DNA of 43,430 bases, taken from Arcobacteraceae bacterium (GTDB taxonomy: Bacteria > Campylobacterota > Campylobacteria > Campylobacterales > Arcobacteraceae). Shown here one piece after another: positions 1 to 9,260 of the stretch (position 1 is the first letter of the stretch; each line of letters opens with the position of its first letter). The DNA lies in NCBI GenBank assembly GCA_048268245.1, contig JBLWVX010000020.1, forward strand, positions 1 through 43,430, written 5' to 3'. The notes below the pieces were generated by a model. The model ran no database searches and was not told where the DNA came from. It saw only the letters and a program-made list of their open reading frames with translations. A program made the position numbers and the translations under genes.

Positions 1-48
1 AAAAATATTATAAGATACAAATAAAGAATAAGATTAAAGGTTATTACT

Positions 49-2166
49 TTGTTGAAAGTAAAGAGTTTAAAAAAAAGCATCATATCAACTGTGATTATTT
101 TTACTTTATTTTTCACTAGTGTAGTTTTATCAATAACTATTTTTTCTTTTTTTAATTTAAAACATCAATCAATGCAACACTCACAAAAAGAGATTTTGAT
201 TCATATAAAAGATCAAATAAACACTTTTATAAATAGAATTGAGAGCTTATCCTCTTATCTTCAAAAAAATAATAGTAACCTTGATATCACTTTTCAAAAT
301 ATTTTAAATACAAATGCTGAAATATCTACAATTATTGTTTTTGATAAACAAAGTAAAGTGAAAAAAATATATTCAAAAACAGAAATCTACTTGAAATTTT
401 TAGATGATATTTCAAAAGAAAAGATAAGTATAAAAAATGATTGGTCTGATTTAATATATTTGAATTTTAAAAAAACACCTTCAATTGCTTACTCTTTTGA
501 TTTAAATAAAAATAGAGTTGTTTTTTTAATATCACTTAAGAAAATTAAAGAGTTAACTAAAACTTTTAAGAATAGTGATAATACTTCTATGGTTAGGCTT
601 TTTGATAAAAATAAAAAGTTTATTATAAATACTGACATATATGAAACAAAAGTTAATCAATTTGATGATAAATCAAATGAGTGTTTTAAAAAATTGATTG
701 ATAAACAAGAAGAATTTGTCTTAGCAAAATTTAAAAATATATGTTTAGGTTCAGTTGATTATGGAATGTATACAACTATTGAAAAAACTTCTTGGAAACT
801 TTTAATTCGAGATAGTATAAATGTAGTAGAAAGCTATATCTTAAAAGTAGTATTTACGCTAAGTATTATAATATTTATTTTTACCTTGTTAATGCTCTTA
901 TTCATAAACAAATATTTGAAAAGAGTATTTACTAGGTTAAGTAGGTTCAAATCACAATTTAAAGATATTTCAAATGGTGAATATCAAAATGAACTTAAAT
1001 ATACAGATTTCTATGAATTAAATAGCTTTATTAGGTCATTTGAGAAAATGCGATTAGAGTTAAACAAAAGAGAACTTGTTCTTACTGAAAATCTAGATAG
1101 TTTTAAAAAACTTGTTGATTCTACTATGGAAGGTATTATAATTCATGATAAAAATTTATGTCTTAAAGTAAACAATTCAGCTGCAAATATTCTTGGCTAT
1201 GATAATAAGTCAGATTTAGAAGGTGATAGTATTTTTAAAATAATACCAAATAAATATAAGAAAGTATTAGCAAACTGTTTTAAAAATGATATTGATGTTG
1301 ATGAACCAAAAGAGTTTAAACTACTAAAAAAAGACAATACAATCATATATGTGTTAGCAAAAGACCAAGAAATCAATTTTAAAGATGAGAAATTAAGAAT
1401 TTCATTATTTTTAGATATTACTGATATAAAAGAACAAAATAGAATAATTATGGAGCAATCAAAACTATCATCAATTGCCCAAATGTTAACAAACATAGCA
1501 CACCATTGGAGACAACCATTATCAACTATAAGTGTGTTATCTTCAGGAATGAAATTAGAGAAAGAACTGGATGTTCTTAGGGATGAAGAGTTACTCATTG
1601 GTTTAGATAAAATAAACAAAACTACAAAAGAGTTGTCTTCTATTATTGATAGATGCTCTTCTTATTTTGAATTAAATAAAAGACAAGAGGTGTTTGATTT
1701 AATTAAAAGTTTAGATGCTTCTTTAGTTTTTATTGAACCCATACTTTTTAAACATGAAATAAAAATAATACAAAAACATCAATCAAAAGAACTTTTTGTT
1801 CAAGGGTATTTAACAGAATTTTCACAAATAGTTTTTAATCTTTTAGATAATTCAAAAGATGCAATATTAAATTCTAAAGTAAAAGAAAAATATATTTTAA
1901 TAGAAACTAAAAAAGTTAATAACAAAGTTCATTTAAAAATAAATGATTCTGGATTAGGAATCAAAAAAACAGAAATAGAAAAAATATTTGAACCTTATTA
2001 TACAACTAAAATAAAAGAAGTAGGTGCAGGGATTGGCTTATACATGGCTCATTATATTATTACGAAACATATGAAAGGTAATATTAAAATTAAGAATAAT
2101 GAGTTTTTTGTAGATAACAAAAAACTATATGGATTAGAAGTAATAATAGAGTTTAAAACTACTTAG
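49..2166 (+). CDS. Membrane sensor histidine kinase (TM, Cache-like periplasmic domain, TM, HAMP, PAS, HisKA, HATPase)
   Basis: Two TM helices; PAS-like segment (LVDSTMEGIIIHD...VNNSAANILGY); H-box NIAHHWRQPL; N-box NLLDNSKDA; G boxes DSGLGI and GAGIGLY. TTG start is uncertain. Confidence 0.9.
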   Translation: MLKVKSLKKSIISTVIIFTLFFTSVVLSITIFSFFNLKHQSMQHSQKEILIHIKDQINTFINRIESLSSYLQKNNSNLDITFQNILNTNAEISTIIVFDKQSKVKKIYSKTEIYLKFLDDISKEKISIKNDWSDLIYLNFKKTPSIAYSFDLNKNRVVFLISLKKIKELTKTFKNSDNTSMVRLFDKNKKFIINTDIYETKVNQFDDKSNECFKKLIDKQEEFVLAKFKNICLGSVDYGMYTTIEKTSWKLLIRDSINVVESYILKVVFTLSIIIFIFTLLMLLFINKYLKRVFTRLSRFKSQFKDISNGEYQNELKYTDFYELNSFIRSFEKMRLELNKRELVLTENLDSFKKLVDSTMEGIIIHDKNLCLKVNNSAANILGYDNKSDLEGDSIFKIIPNKYKKVLANCFKNDIDVDEPKEFKLLKKDNTIIYVLAKDQEINFKDEKLRISLFLDITDIKEQNRIIMEQSKLSSIAQMLTNIAHHWRQPLSTISVLSSGMKLEKELDVLRDEELLIGLDKINKTTKELSSIIDRCSSYFELNKRQEVFDLIKSLDASLVFIEPILFKHEIKIIQKHQSKELFVQGYLTEFSQIVFNLLDNSKDAILNSKVKEKYILIETKKVNNKVHLKINDSGLGIKKTEIEKIFEPYYTTKIKEVGAGIGLYMAHYIITKHMKGNIKIKNNEFFVDNKKLYGLEVIIEFKTT

Positions 2167-2222
2167 ATTTAGTATAATCACTATATAATATGTGCTAAAT
2201 TAGTTATTATATAGGGATAATT

Positions 2223-3224
2223 ATGATTGATAATTTAAATGCTAAAAAAGAATTTATCTTTTCTACTATTTTGATATTTTTTTTATGGTTAGTTTTTTCT
2301 GCTTATGATGCATTTGAATTAATAATTGAATATTTAGAAACTCATGAAGAGTATGAATTAGATGAAATACTACTTTTATTTATCATTTCAGGGGTTATAT
2401 CGACTATTTTTGCTATTAGAAGAGTTATAGAGGCAAATAAAGTAAATAAACAATTACTACAATTAAATGAAGATTTAGAAAATAGAATAAAAAAGACAAT
2501 AAAAGAAAAAGAAGAACAGCAAGCATTATTAGTAAATCAAGCAAGATCAGCATCTATGGGTGAAATGATAGGTAATATAGCTCACCAATGGAGACAACCA
2601 CTAAATGCACTTGGTTTAGTTATTCAAAATATAAAAGTTTCATATGAAATGGATGAATTAGATGATGATTTTTTAGATAGGTCATTAAAAAAAGCAAATT
2701 TACTAACTAGTGAAATGTCAAAAACAATAGATGACTTTAGGAATTTTTTTAAACCAAATAAAGTGAAACTAAATTTTGATATAGGTAAAAAAATTAAAGA
2801 GTCTCTATTTTTGCTTAATAGCTCTTTTAATCAATATGAAATTAAGATTATTAAAGATATTAAAGAAGAAATAAAATATATGGGTTTTCCAAATGAGTTT
2901 TCACACTGTATTTTAAATATTTTAAATAATTCTAAAGATGCATTTGAAGAAAATGAAATTGAAGATAGAGTTATTAATGTAAGTGTTAATAAAAATCAAA
3001 AATCAGTAATAATTGAGATAAAAGATAATGCAGGAGGAATCCCTAAAGATATTGAAGAAAAAATATTTGACCCATATTTTACAACTAAAGATGAAGGAAA
3101 GGGAACAGGTATTGGACTTTATATGACTAAAATTATTATTGAGAAAAATATGAATGGTAGTATAAAAACTAAAAGTGTTGAAAATGGAACGGTTTTTATA
3201 ATAGAATTACCTTTAAATAACTAA
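2223..3224 (+). CDS. Short sensor histidine kinase with two N-terminal TM helices
   Basis: [46 protein letters not shown]. Confidence 0.92.
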   Translation: MIDNLNAKKEFIFSTILIFFLWLVFSAYDAFELIIEYLETHEEYELDEILLLFIISGVISTIFAIRRVIEANKVNKQLLQLNEDLENRIKKTIKEKEEQQALLVNQARSASMGEMIGNIAHQWRQPLNALGLVIQNIKVSYEMDELDDDFLDRSLKKANLLTSEMSKTIDDFRNFFKPNKVKLNFDIGKKIKESLFLLNSSFNQYEIKIIKDIKEEIKYMGFPNEFSHCILNILNNSKDAFEENEIEDRVINVSVNKNQKSVIIEIKDNAGGIPKDIEEKIFDPYFTTKDEGKGTGIGLYMTKIIIEKNMNGSIKTKSVENGTVFIIELPLNN

Positions 3225-3293
3225 AAATAGGTATACTATATAATCAGCATAAAAAGTATATAATATGTCTATTTTAAATAATAAAGGTCATTT

Positions 3294-4403
3294 ATGCAAA
3301 ATATTTCAAGATTTATGATAGCTTTTTTTCTTTTTATAATTTTAGTAGTTTATTATTTTTATAAAACAAATGAAAGTAAAAATGTTAAAATAGGGTTTGT
3401 AGGGGCATTAACCTCTAAATACTCTGTTTTAGGTAATGCTATGATGAATGGTGTATTGCTAGCCTTTGATGAAATAGATTATAAAATAGATAATAAGAAT
3501 ATTGAACTAATATTTAAAGATGATAAGAAAAACCCTGAACTAAACAAACAAATAGTTAATGAATTTATTAAAAATGATGTAAAAATAGTTATAGGTAATG
3601 TAACAAGTATAATGTCAAAAGTCTCAATGTCAATTATTAATAAATACCCTGATATGTTTATGATCTCTGCTTCATCAGCGAGTAATGAGTTTACTGGAAA
3701 AGATGATCAGTTTTTTAGAGTTCATGTTGCAAATAATCCTTCTAGATTCGATTCTTTCTCAAAATATATAAAAGAAAATAACTATAATAAAATATATGGC
3801 TTATATGACCCTAACAATATAACTTATACAAAAGACTATTTAATCAATTTTGAAAAAAGTTTTATTAATAATGGAGGAGAACCATTAGTAAATTTTGAAA
3901 GTACTGATAAAAGCTTAGATAGTATAGTTGCTGATATTAAAAAGAAAAAACCAGATATGATTTTGATGTGTGCTAATTCTGTTGATTCAGCTAGAGTAGT
4001 TCAGTTTTTAAGACTAAAGGGAGTTTCAACAAAAATAGCTCTTGCAGAGTGGGCAATGACAAAATCCTTTTTAGAAAACTCAGGAAAAGCTTCAGAGGGT
4101 GTTATTTTTAATATTGATTTTGATCCTAAATCAACAAATCTTAAATATACAAATTTTGTAAAAAACTATAAACAAAAATATAATCATGAACCATCTATGT
4201 ATGCAGCAAAAGCTTATGAACTTGCTCAAATCATAATAGAGATGTTAAAAAAAGGTGATCAAACACAAATAAAAGAGAATTTATTAAAACAAAAAACTTT
4301 TGAAGGTTTAATTGATAGTATAATATTTGATGAATATGGTGATGTAGTTAGAAACTATTATACATTTGAAGTAAAAAATGGCGAGTTTACAAGAATAAAA
4401 TGA
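3294..4403 (+). CDS. LivK/LivJ-like (type I periplasmic binding fold) substrate-binding protein with N-terminal hydrophobic anchor
   Basis: VKIGFVGALTS...G..M.NGV.LA motif, DDKKNPE, FFRV, C-terminal FEGL...I.FDEYGD; no ABC permease or ATPase nearby. Confidence 0.85.
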   Translation: MQNISRFMIAFFLFIILVVYYFYKTNESKNVKIGFVGALTSKYSVLGNAMMNGVLLAFDEIDYKIDNKNIELIFKDDKKNPELNKQIVNEFIKNDVKIVIGNVTSIMSKVSMSIINKYPDMFMISASSASNEFTGKDDQFFRVHVANNPSRFDSFSKYIKENNYNKIYGLYDPNNITYTKDYLINFEKSFINNGGEPLVNFESTDKSLDSIVADIKKKKPDMILMCANSVDSARVVQFLRLKGVSTKIALAEWAMTKSFLENSGKASEGVIFNIDFDPKSTNLKYTNFVKNYKQKYNHEPSMYAAKAYELAQIIIEMLKKGDQTQIKENLLKQKTFEGLIDSIIFDEYGDVVRNYYTFEVKNGEFTRIK

Positions 4404-6553
4404 AAAAAATAAAAAGCTTAAAAAAAGAGATATCTCAACTATTTATAATATTTAGTATTTCAATTATAATTATAATAGGTTCATTCTCAGCATATGGTCT
4501 TTATAAAAGTAAATTAAACAGTATTGATCATAACCAAGAACAAGTATTAGTTCAGGTTGAATTTGAAATAAATAATTTTATTGATAACATCGTAAAAGTA
4601 TCGAATTATTTAAAAGAAAGATATAAAGATGATGAATATAGTTTAAATGATATAATTCAAATAGATAGAAATATTTCTAGTATTTTGGTTTTAGATAAAA
4701 ATGGAACTATTGAAAATTTTGCAGCTTTAAATAATTTGAATGTTTATAAGGGTTTTGATTATTCTAATAAAAACTATTTTAAAAAGATTAAAGATATGCA
4801 AGATACTTATTGGTCAAGTGTTTTCTTGTCAAGTTTAGATGAAGAACCTTCTATTTCTTATAGTTTTAAACATAAAGAAAAAGTTTTTGTATTTCTAATT
4901 AAATTTACTGATATCTCAAATTTTATAAAAAGATTTAAAAATATAGATAAATCACATATGATAAGGGTTTTTGATAGTGATGGTACGATAATCATAAATC
5001 CAGACTCAAATGAAATGGTTCTACAAAGATATAATGCAAGTTATTCAGATCTATATGAAAACCTTATAAATAAAGTAAAGCCTTATGAGCAGATGACTTT
5101 TATGGGAATTAAAAATCCAAAAACTCAATATGGTGCATATGTGAATATAAATAATACTAACTGGAAAATTGTCGTAAGAGATGACTATACTTTAGTATTA
5201 GATAGTTTAAATAATATTATATATTTGACAGTTTTATCAATTGTACTTTTTTCTATTATCTCAATAATTGTTTCTTTAAAGTTTTCAAAAAAAATATTTG
5301 ATATTTTTAATAAACTTCAAACTACTGCAACCGAAATTTCAAATGGAAATTATGATACTTATATGAAAAAAAGTAATTATTTAGAATTTAATAAACTTAT
5401 AGATAGTTTTAATAAAATGAAAAAAGAGGTTGATAAAAGAGAGGATTACTTAGAAGACTCACTAGAAAGTTTTAAAACACTATTTAATTCAACATTAGAG
5501 TCTATTATTTTAACAAAAGATTTTAAGATAATAGATGTGAATAATATAACAATTGATTTATTAAAAGCAAAAGATAAAAGTGATTTTATTGGAAAAAATA
5601 TGATAGATTTTGTAAATGATGAGTATAAACAAGTTGTGAAAAACAATTTACAAAAAGACACTCTTCCTTATGAAGTTGAACTTATTACTCTTACAGGTGA
5701 AAAAATAAATGTTTTTGTTCAAGGAAAACTGTTGAGGTTCTTGGGACAGAAAGTAAGAGTTACTGCAATAATTGATATTACAGATGTAAAACAAAAAGAT
5801 AGGCTTCTTTTTCAACAATCAAAAATGGCATCAATGGGAGAGATGATAGGGAATATTGCACATCAATGGAGACAACCTTTAAGTGTAATAACTACTAGTG
5901 CTAGCGGTATTAGATTAGAAAAAGAAATAGGTTCTTTAACAGATGAGAGATTAAATAAAAGTGTAGATAATATAATTGATAATTGTAAGTATCTATCTAA
6001 AACAATTGATGATTTTAGAAACTTCTTTAAGCGAGATAGACAAATAGAAGAGTTCAATTTAAGTGAATATATACAAAAAGTTTTAAAACTAGTTAGCTCA
6101 AGTCTAAAGAATAATGAAATTAATGTAAAACTTGATTTACATGAGAACTTGTATCTAAAAGGTGTTCCAAGTGAATTTATGCAAGTTATAATAAACATAA
6201 TTAATAATTCAAAAGACGCATTTTTATTAAATGGTTTAGAAGTAAAAGATATTTTTATAAAAAGCAAAAAAATAAATAATGACATAGTAATTGAGATAGC
6301 TGATACTGCAGGTGGAATAAGTGAAACAATAATTGATAAAATATTTGACCCTTATTTCACTACAAAACATAAATCAAAAGGTACAGGAATAGGACTATAT
6401 ATGTCTCACCAAATTATAACAGAGCATTTTAATGGATTAATAAATGTAAAGAATTGTGAGTATACTCATGATAATAAAAAATATAAAGGGTGTTGTTTTG
6501 CTCTAAATATACCACTTGATAAAGTTGAGAATAACTTAGATTACAATATATAA
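4400..6553 (+). CDS. Membrane sensor histidine kinase (Cache-like, HAMP, PAS, HisKA, HATPase)
   Basis: [42 protein letters not shown] overlap with the upstream binding-protein gene. Confidence 0.92.
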   Translation: MKKIKSLKKEISQLFIIFSISIIIIIGSFSAYGLYKSKLNSIDHNQEQVLVQVEFEINNFIDNIVKVSNYLKERYKDDEYSLNDIIQIDRNISSILVLDKNGTIENFAALNNLNVYKGFDYSNKNYFKKIKDMQDTYWSSVFLSSLDEEPSISYSFKHKEKVFVFLIKFTDISNFIKRFKNIDKSHMIRVFDSDGTIIINPDSNEMVLQRYNASYSDLYENLINKVKPYEQMTFMGIKNPKTQYGAYVNINNTNWKIVVRDDYTLVLDSLNNIIYLTVLSIVLFSIISIIVSLKFSKKIFDIFNKLQTTATEISNGNYDTYMKKSNYLEFNKLIDSFNKMKKEVDKREDYLEDSLESFKTLFNSTLESIILTKDFKIIDVNNITIDLLKAKDKSDFIGKNMIDFVNDEYKQVVKNNLQKDTLPYEVELITLTGEKINVFVQGKLLRFLGQKVRVTAIIDITDVKQKDRLLFQQSKMASMGEMIGNIAHQWRQPLSVITTSASGIRLEKEIGSLTDERLNKSVDNIIDNCKYLSKTIDDFRNFFKRDRQIEEFNLSEYIQKVLKLVSSSLKNNEINVKLDLHENLYLKGVPSEFMQVIINIINNSKDAFLLNGLEVKDIFIKSKKINNDIVIEIADTAGGISETIIDKIFDPYFTTKHKSKGTGIGLYMSHQIITEHFNGLINVKNCEYTHDNKKYKGCCFALNIPLDKVENNLDYNI

Positions 6554-6583
6554 CTTGACAAATATGCACTCAACTGCTATAAT
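6554..6583 (+). promoter_or_regulatory. sigma70 promoter of clpB overlapped by a HAIR-like (HspR) operator
   Basis: TTGACA (6555-6560), 17-bp spacer, TGcTATAAT (-10 at 6578-6583); CTTGACA-N7-ACTCAAC at 6554-6574 versus HAIR consensus CTTGAGT-N7-ACTCAAG. Confidence 0.75.
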
Positions 6584-6616
6584 TTTATTAGCAGTTAATA
6601 TAAAGGAGTGCTAAAA

Positions 6617-9193
6617 ATGAATAAATTATTTGAAAAATTAACTAACCAAATGGCAGAGAGTATTGATTCTTCGGTATCTTTAGCCTTACATAATAAAAAC
6701 CAAGAAATAGAAGTGATTCATTTTGTTTGGGCATTATTAACAAATACAAACTCAGTTTTAAATCAGTTATTAAATAAAATGAATGTTGATAAAGCAGCAA
6801 TTGAACTTGAAGCTAAATCATATGCATCAAAACTTTCATCTGTTTCAAGTGTAAAAAAAGAGAATATTAAACTATCAAGAAACTTTGTATCAAGTTTAGA
6901 AAAAGCAGAAGGTTTAATGGTAAAAAATGGTGATAAATTTATTGCTGTAGATACTTGGCTTATTGCAAACTTTGATACACCTATTTTAAAAGATGTATTA
7001 GGTAAATATATAGACTTGCATGAAGCAAAAAAACAACTAGAAGCTATGAGAGCAGGTAGTACTATAGATAGTGCATCAAGTGATGAAAATTTAGAAGCTT
7101 TAGAGAAATATGGTATTGACTTAAATAAGAAAGCTATAGATGGAGAGCTTGATCCAGTAATTGGAAGAGATGAACAAATTAATAGAATGATGCAAATTCT
7201 AATTAGAAAAACAAAAAACAATCCAATTTTATTAGGAGAACCTGGAACTGGTAAAACAGCTATTGCAGAAGGTTTAGCTCAAAGAATTGTAGAAAAACAA
7301 GTTCCAACAAGTTTACAAAATAAAAAAGTAGTAACATTAGATATGAGTGCTTTAATTGCAGGTGCTAAATATAGAGGTGAGTTTGAGGATAGATTAAAAA
7401 AAGTAGTTGATGAAGTTAAAAAAGCTGGAAATATAATACTATTTATTGATGAAATCCACACAATTATTGGAGCAGGAGCTAGTGAAGGAAGTATGGATGC
7501 AGCCAATATTTTAAAACCCTCTTTAGCAAGAGGTGAGCTTCATACAATTGGTGCAACAACACTAAAAGAGTATAGAAAGTATTTTGAAAAAGATACTGCT
7601 ATGCAAAGAAGATTTCAGCCTGTAAATGTTGATGAGCCTACAGTAAATGAAGCCTTATCAATATTAAGAGGTATTAAGCAAAAATTAGAAACACACCATA
7701 ATGTAACTATTAATGATAGTGCATTAGTAAGTGCAGCAAAATTATCAAATAGATATATAACTGATAGATTTTTACCAGATAAAGCAATTGATTTAATAGA
7801 TGAAGCAGCAGCAGAACTTAAAATGCAAATTGAGAGTGAACCAATTGCATTATCAAATATAAAAAGAAAAATCCAAACAATTAATGTTGAAAAAGAAGCA
7901 TTAAAAATGGAAAAAACTAAAAAGAATGAAGATAGATTAAAAGAGATTGAAAAAGAACTTGCAAATTTAAATGAAGAAATGCAAAGTCTTGAAGCTAGAT
8001 TTGAAAATGAAAAACAGACTTTTAATGCTACAAGTGAATTAAAAGCAAAAATTGATCAGTTAAAAACAAAAGCCCAAAGAGCAAAAAGAGAGTCAAAATT
8101 CGAAGAAGCTGCATCTATTGAATATGGAGAAATTCCAACACTAGAAGCAAAAATAAAAGAAAATGAAGAAAAATGGAATAGAATGCAAGAAGAGGGTACT
8201 TTGCTTAGAAATTCTGTAGATGAAGAAGCAATTGCTAGTATTGTATCTAGATGGACTGGTATTCCTGTAAATAAAATGATGGATAGTGAAAAGCAAAAAG
8301 TTTTAAAAGTTGAGTCAGTTTTAAAGCAAGATGTTATAGGACAAGATGAGGCTTTAAAAGCAATTTCAAGAGCAATAAAAAGAAATAAAGCTGGACTTAG
8401 TGAAGATAGTAGACCTATTGGATCATTTATGTTTTTAGGACCAACTGGTGTTGGTAAAACAGAGAGTGCAAAAACACTTGCAAGATTTTTATTTGATGAT
8501 GAAAAATCACTGATTAGATTTGATATGAGTGAGTATATGGAAAAACATGCAGTTTCAAGACTAATTGGTGCTGCACCTGGATATGTAGGATATGATGAAG
8601 GAGGGCAATTAACAGAAGCTGTTAGAAGAAAGCCATATAGTGTTATTTTATTTGATGAAATCGAAAAAGCACATCCAGATGTATTTAATATATTACTTCA
8701 AGTTTTAGATGATGGGAGATTAACTGATAATAAAGGTGTTACAGTTGATTTTAAAAATACTATTATTATTCTTACTTCAAATATAGGTAGTTCTAAAATA
8801 ATTGAGATAAGTGATAAAGATAATCGAAAAAAAGAGGTTTTAGATGAATTAAAACTTCACTTTAGACCAGAGTTTTTAAATAGATTAGATGATATTGTTA
8901 TTTTTGAACAATTAAATCTTGAGGCTATTACAAATATCGTAGATATTTTATTTGAATCAATTAGAAAAAAAGTTGAACAAAAAGATATAGAAATAATTTT
9001 AACAGAAGAAGCAAAAGCCTTTATTGCTAAAGTTGGATTTGATCCTGTTTATGGTGCAAGACCTCTTAAAAGAGCAATTTATGAAATTGTAGAAGATAGA
9101 CTTGCAGATTTAATTTTAGAGGATAAAATAACTGAAGGTTCAAAAGTTACATTTGATATTGAAAATGATGAAATCAAAGTTGACATTAAATAA
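6617..9193 (+). CDS. clpB: ATP-dependent disaggregase ClpB
   Basis: Two AAA+ modules ([16 protein letters not shown]) and coiled-coil middle domain; ATG 6617 follows AAGGAG and is preferred over GTG 6608. Confidence 0.97.
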   Translation: MNKLFEKLTNQMAESIDSSVSLALHNKNQEIEVIHFVWALLTNTNSVLNQLLNKMNVDKAAIELEAKSYASKLSSVSSVKKENIKLSRNFVSSLEKAEGLMVKNGDKFIAVDTWLIANFDTPILKDVLGKYIDLHEAKKQLEAMRAGSTIDSASSDENLEALEKYGIDLNKKAIDGELDPVIGRDEQINRMMQILIRKTKNNPILLGEPGTGKTAIAEGLAQRIVEKQVPTSLQNKKVVTLDMSALIAGAKYRGEFEDRLKKVVDEVKKAGNIILFIDEIHTIIGAGASEGSMDAANILKPSLARGELHTIGATTLKEYRKYFEKDTAMQRRFQPVNVDEPTVNEALSILRGIKQKLETHHNVTINDSALVSAAKLSNRYITDRFLPDKAIDLIDEAAAELKMQIESEPIALSNIKRKIQTINVEKEALKMEKTKKNEDRLKEIEKELANLNEEMQSLEARFENEKQTFNATSELKAKIDQLKTKAQRAKRESKFEEAASIEYGEIPTLEAKIKENEEKWNRMQEEGTLLRNSVDEEAIASIVSRWTGIPVNKMMDSEKQKVLKVESVLKQDVIGQDEALKAISRAIKRNKAGLSEDSRPIGSFMFLGPTGVGKTESAKTLARFLFDDEKSLIRFDMSEYMEKHAVSRLIGAAPGYVGYDEGGQLTEAVRRKPYSVILFDEIEKAHPDVFNILLQVLDDGRLTDNKGVTVDFKNTIIILTSNIGSSKIIEISDKDNRKKEVLDELKLHFRPEFLNRLDDIVIFEQLNLEAITNIVDILFESIRKKVEQKDIEIILTEEAKAFIAKVGFDPVYGARPLKRAIYEIVEDRLADLILEDKITEGSKVTFDIENDEIKVDIK

Positions 9194-9213
9194 TTAAAAG
9201 ATTATAACAATAA

Positions 9214-9260
9214 ATATAACTCTTTTTTGCTATAATTAAAAAAAGCAAAAAGAGTTATAT
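9214..9260. repeat. Inverted repeat between clpB and the downstream kinase, enclosing a TGcTATAAT -10 box
   Basis: ATATAACTCTTTTTTGCT (9214-9231) ... AGCAAAAAGAGTTATAT (9244-9260), one bulge. Confidence 0.7.
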
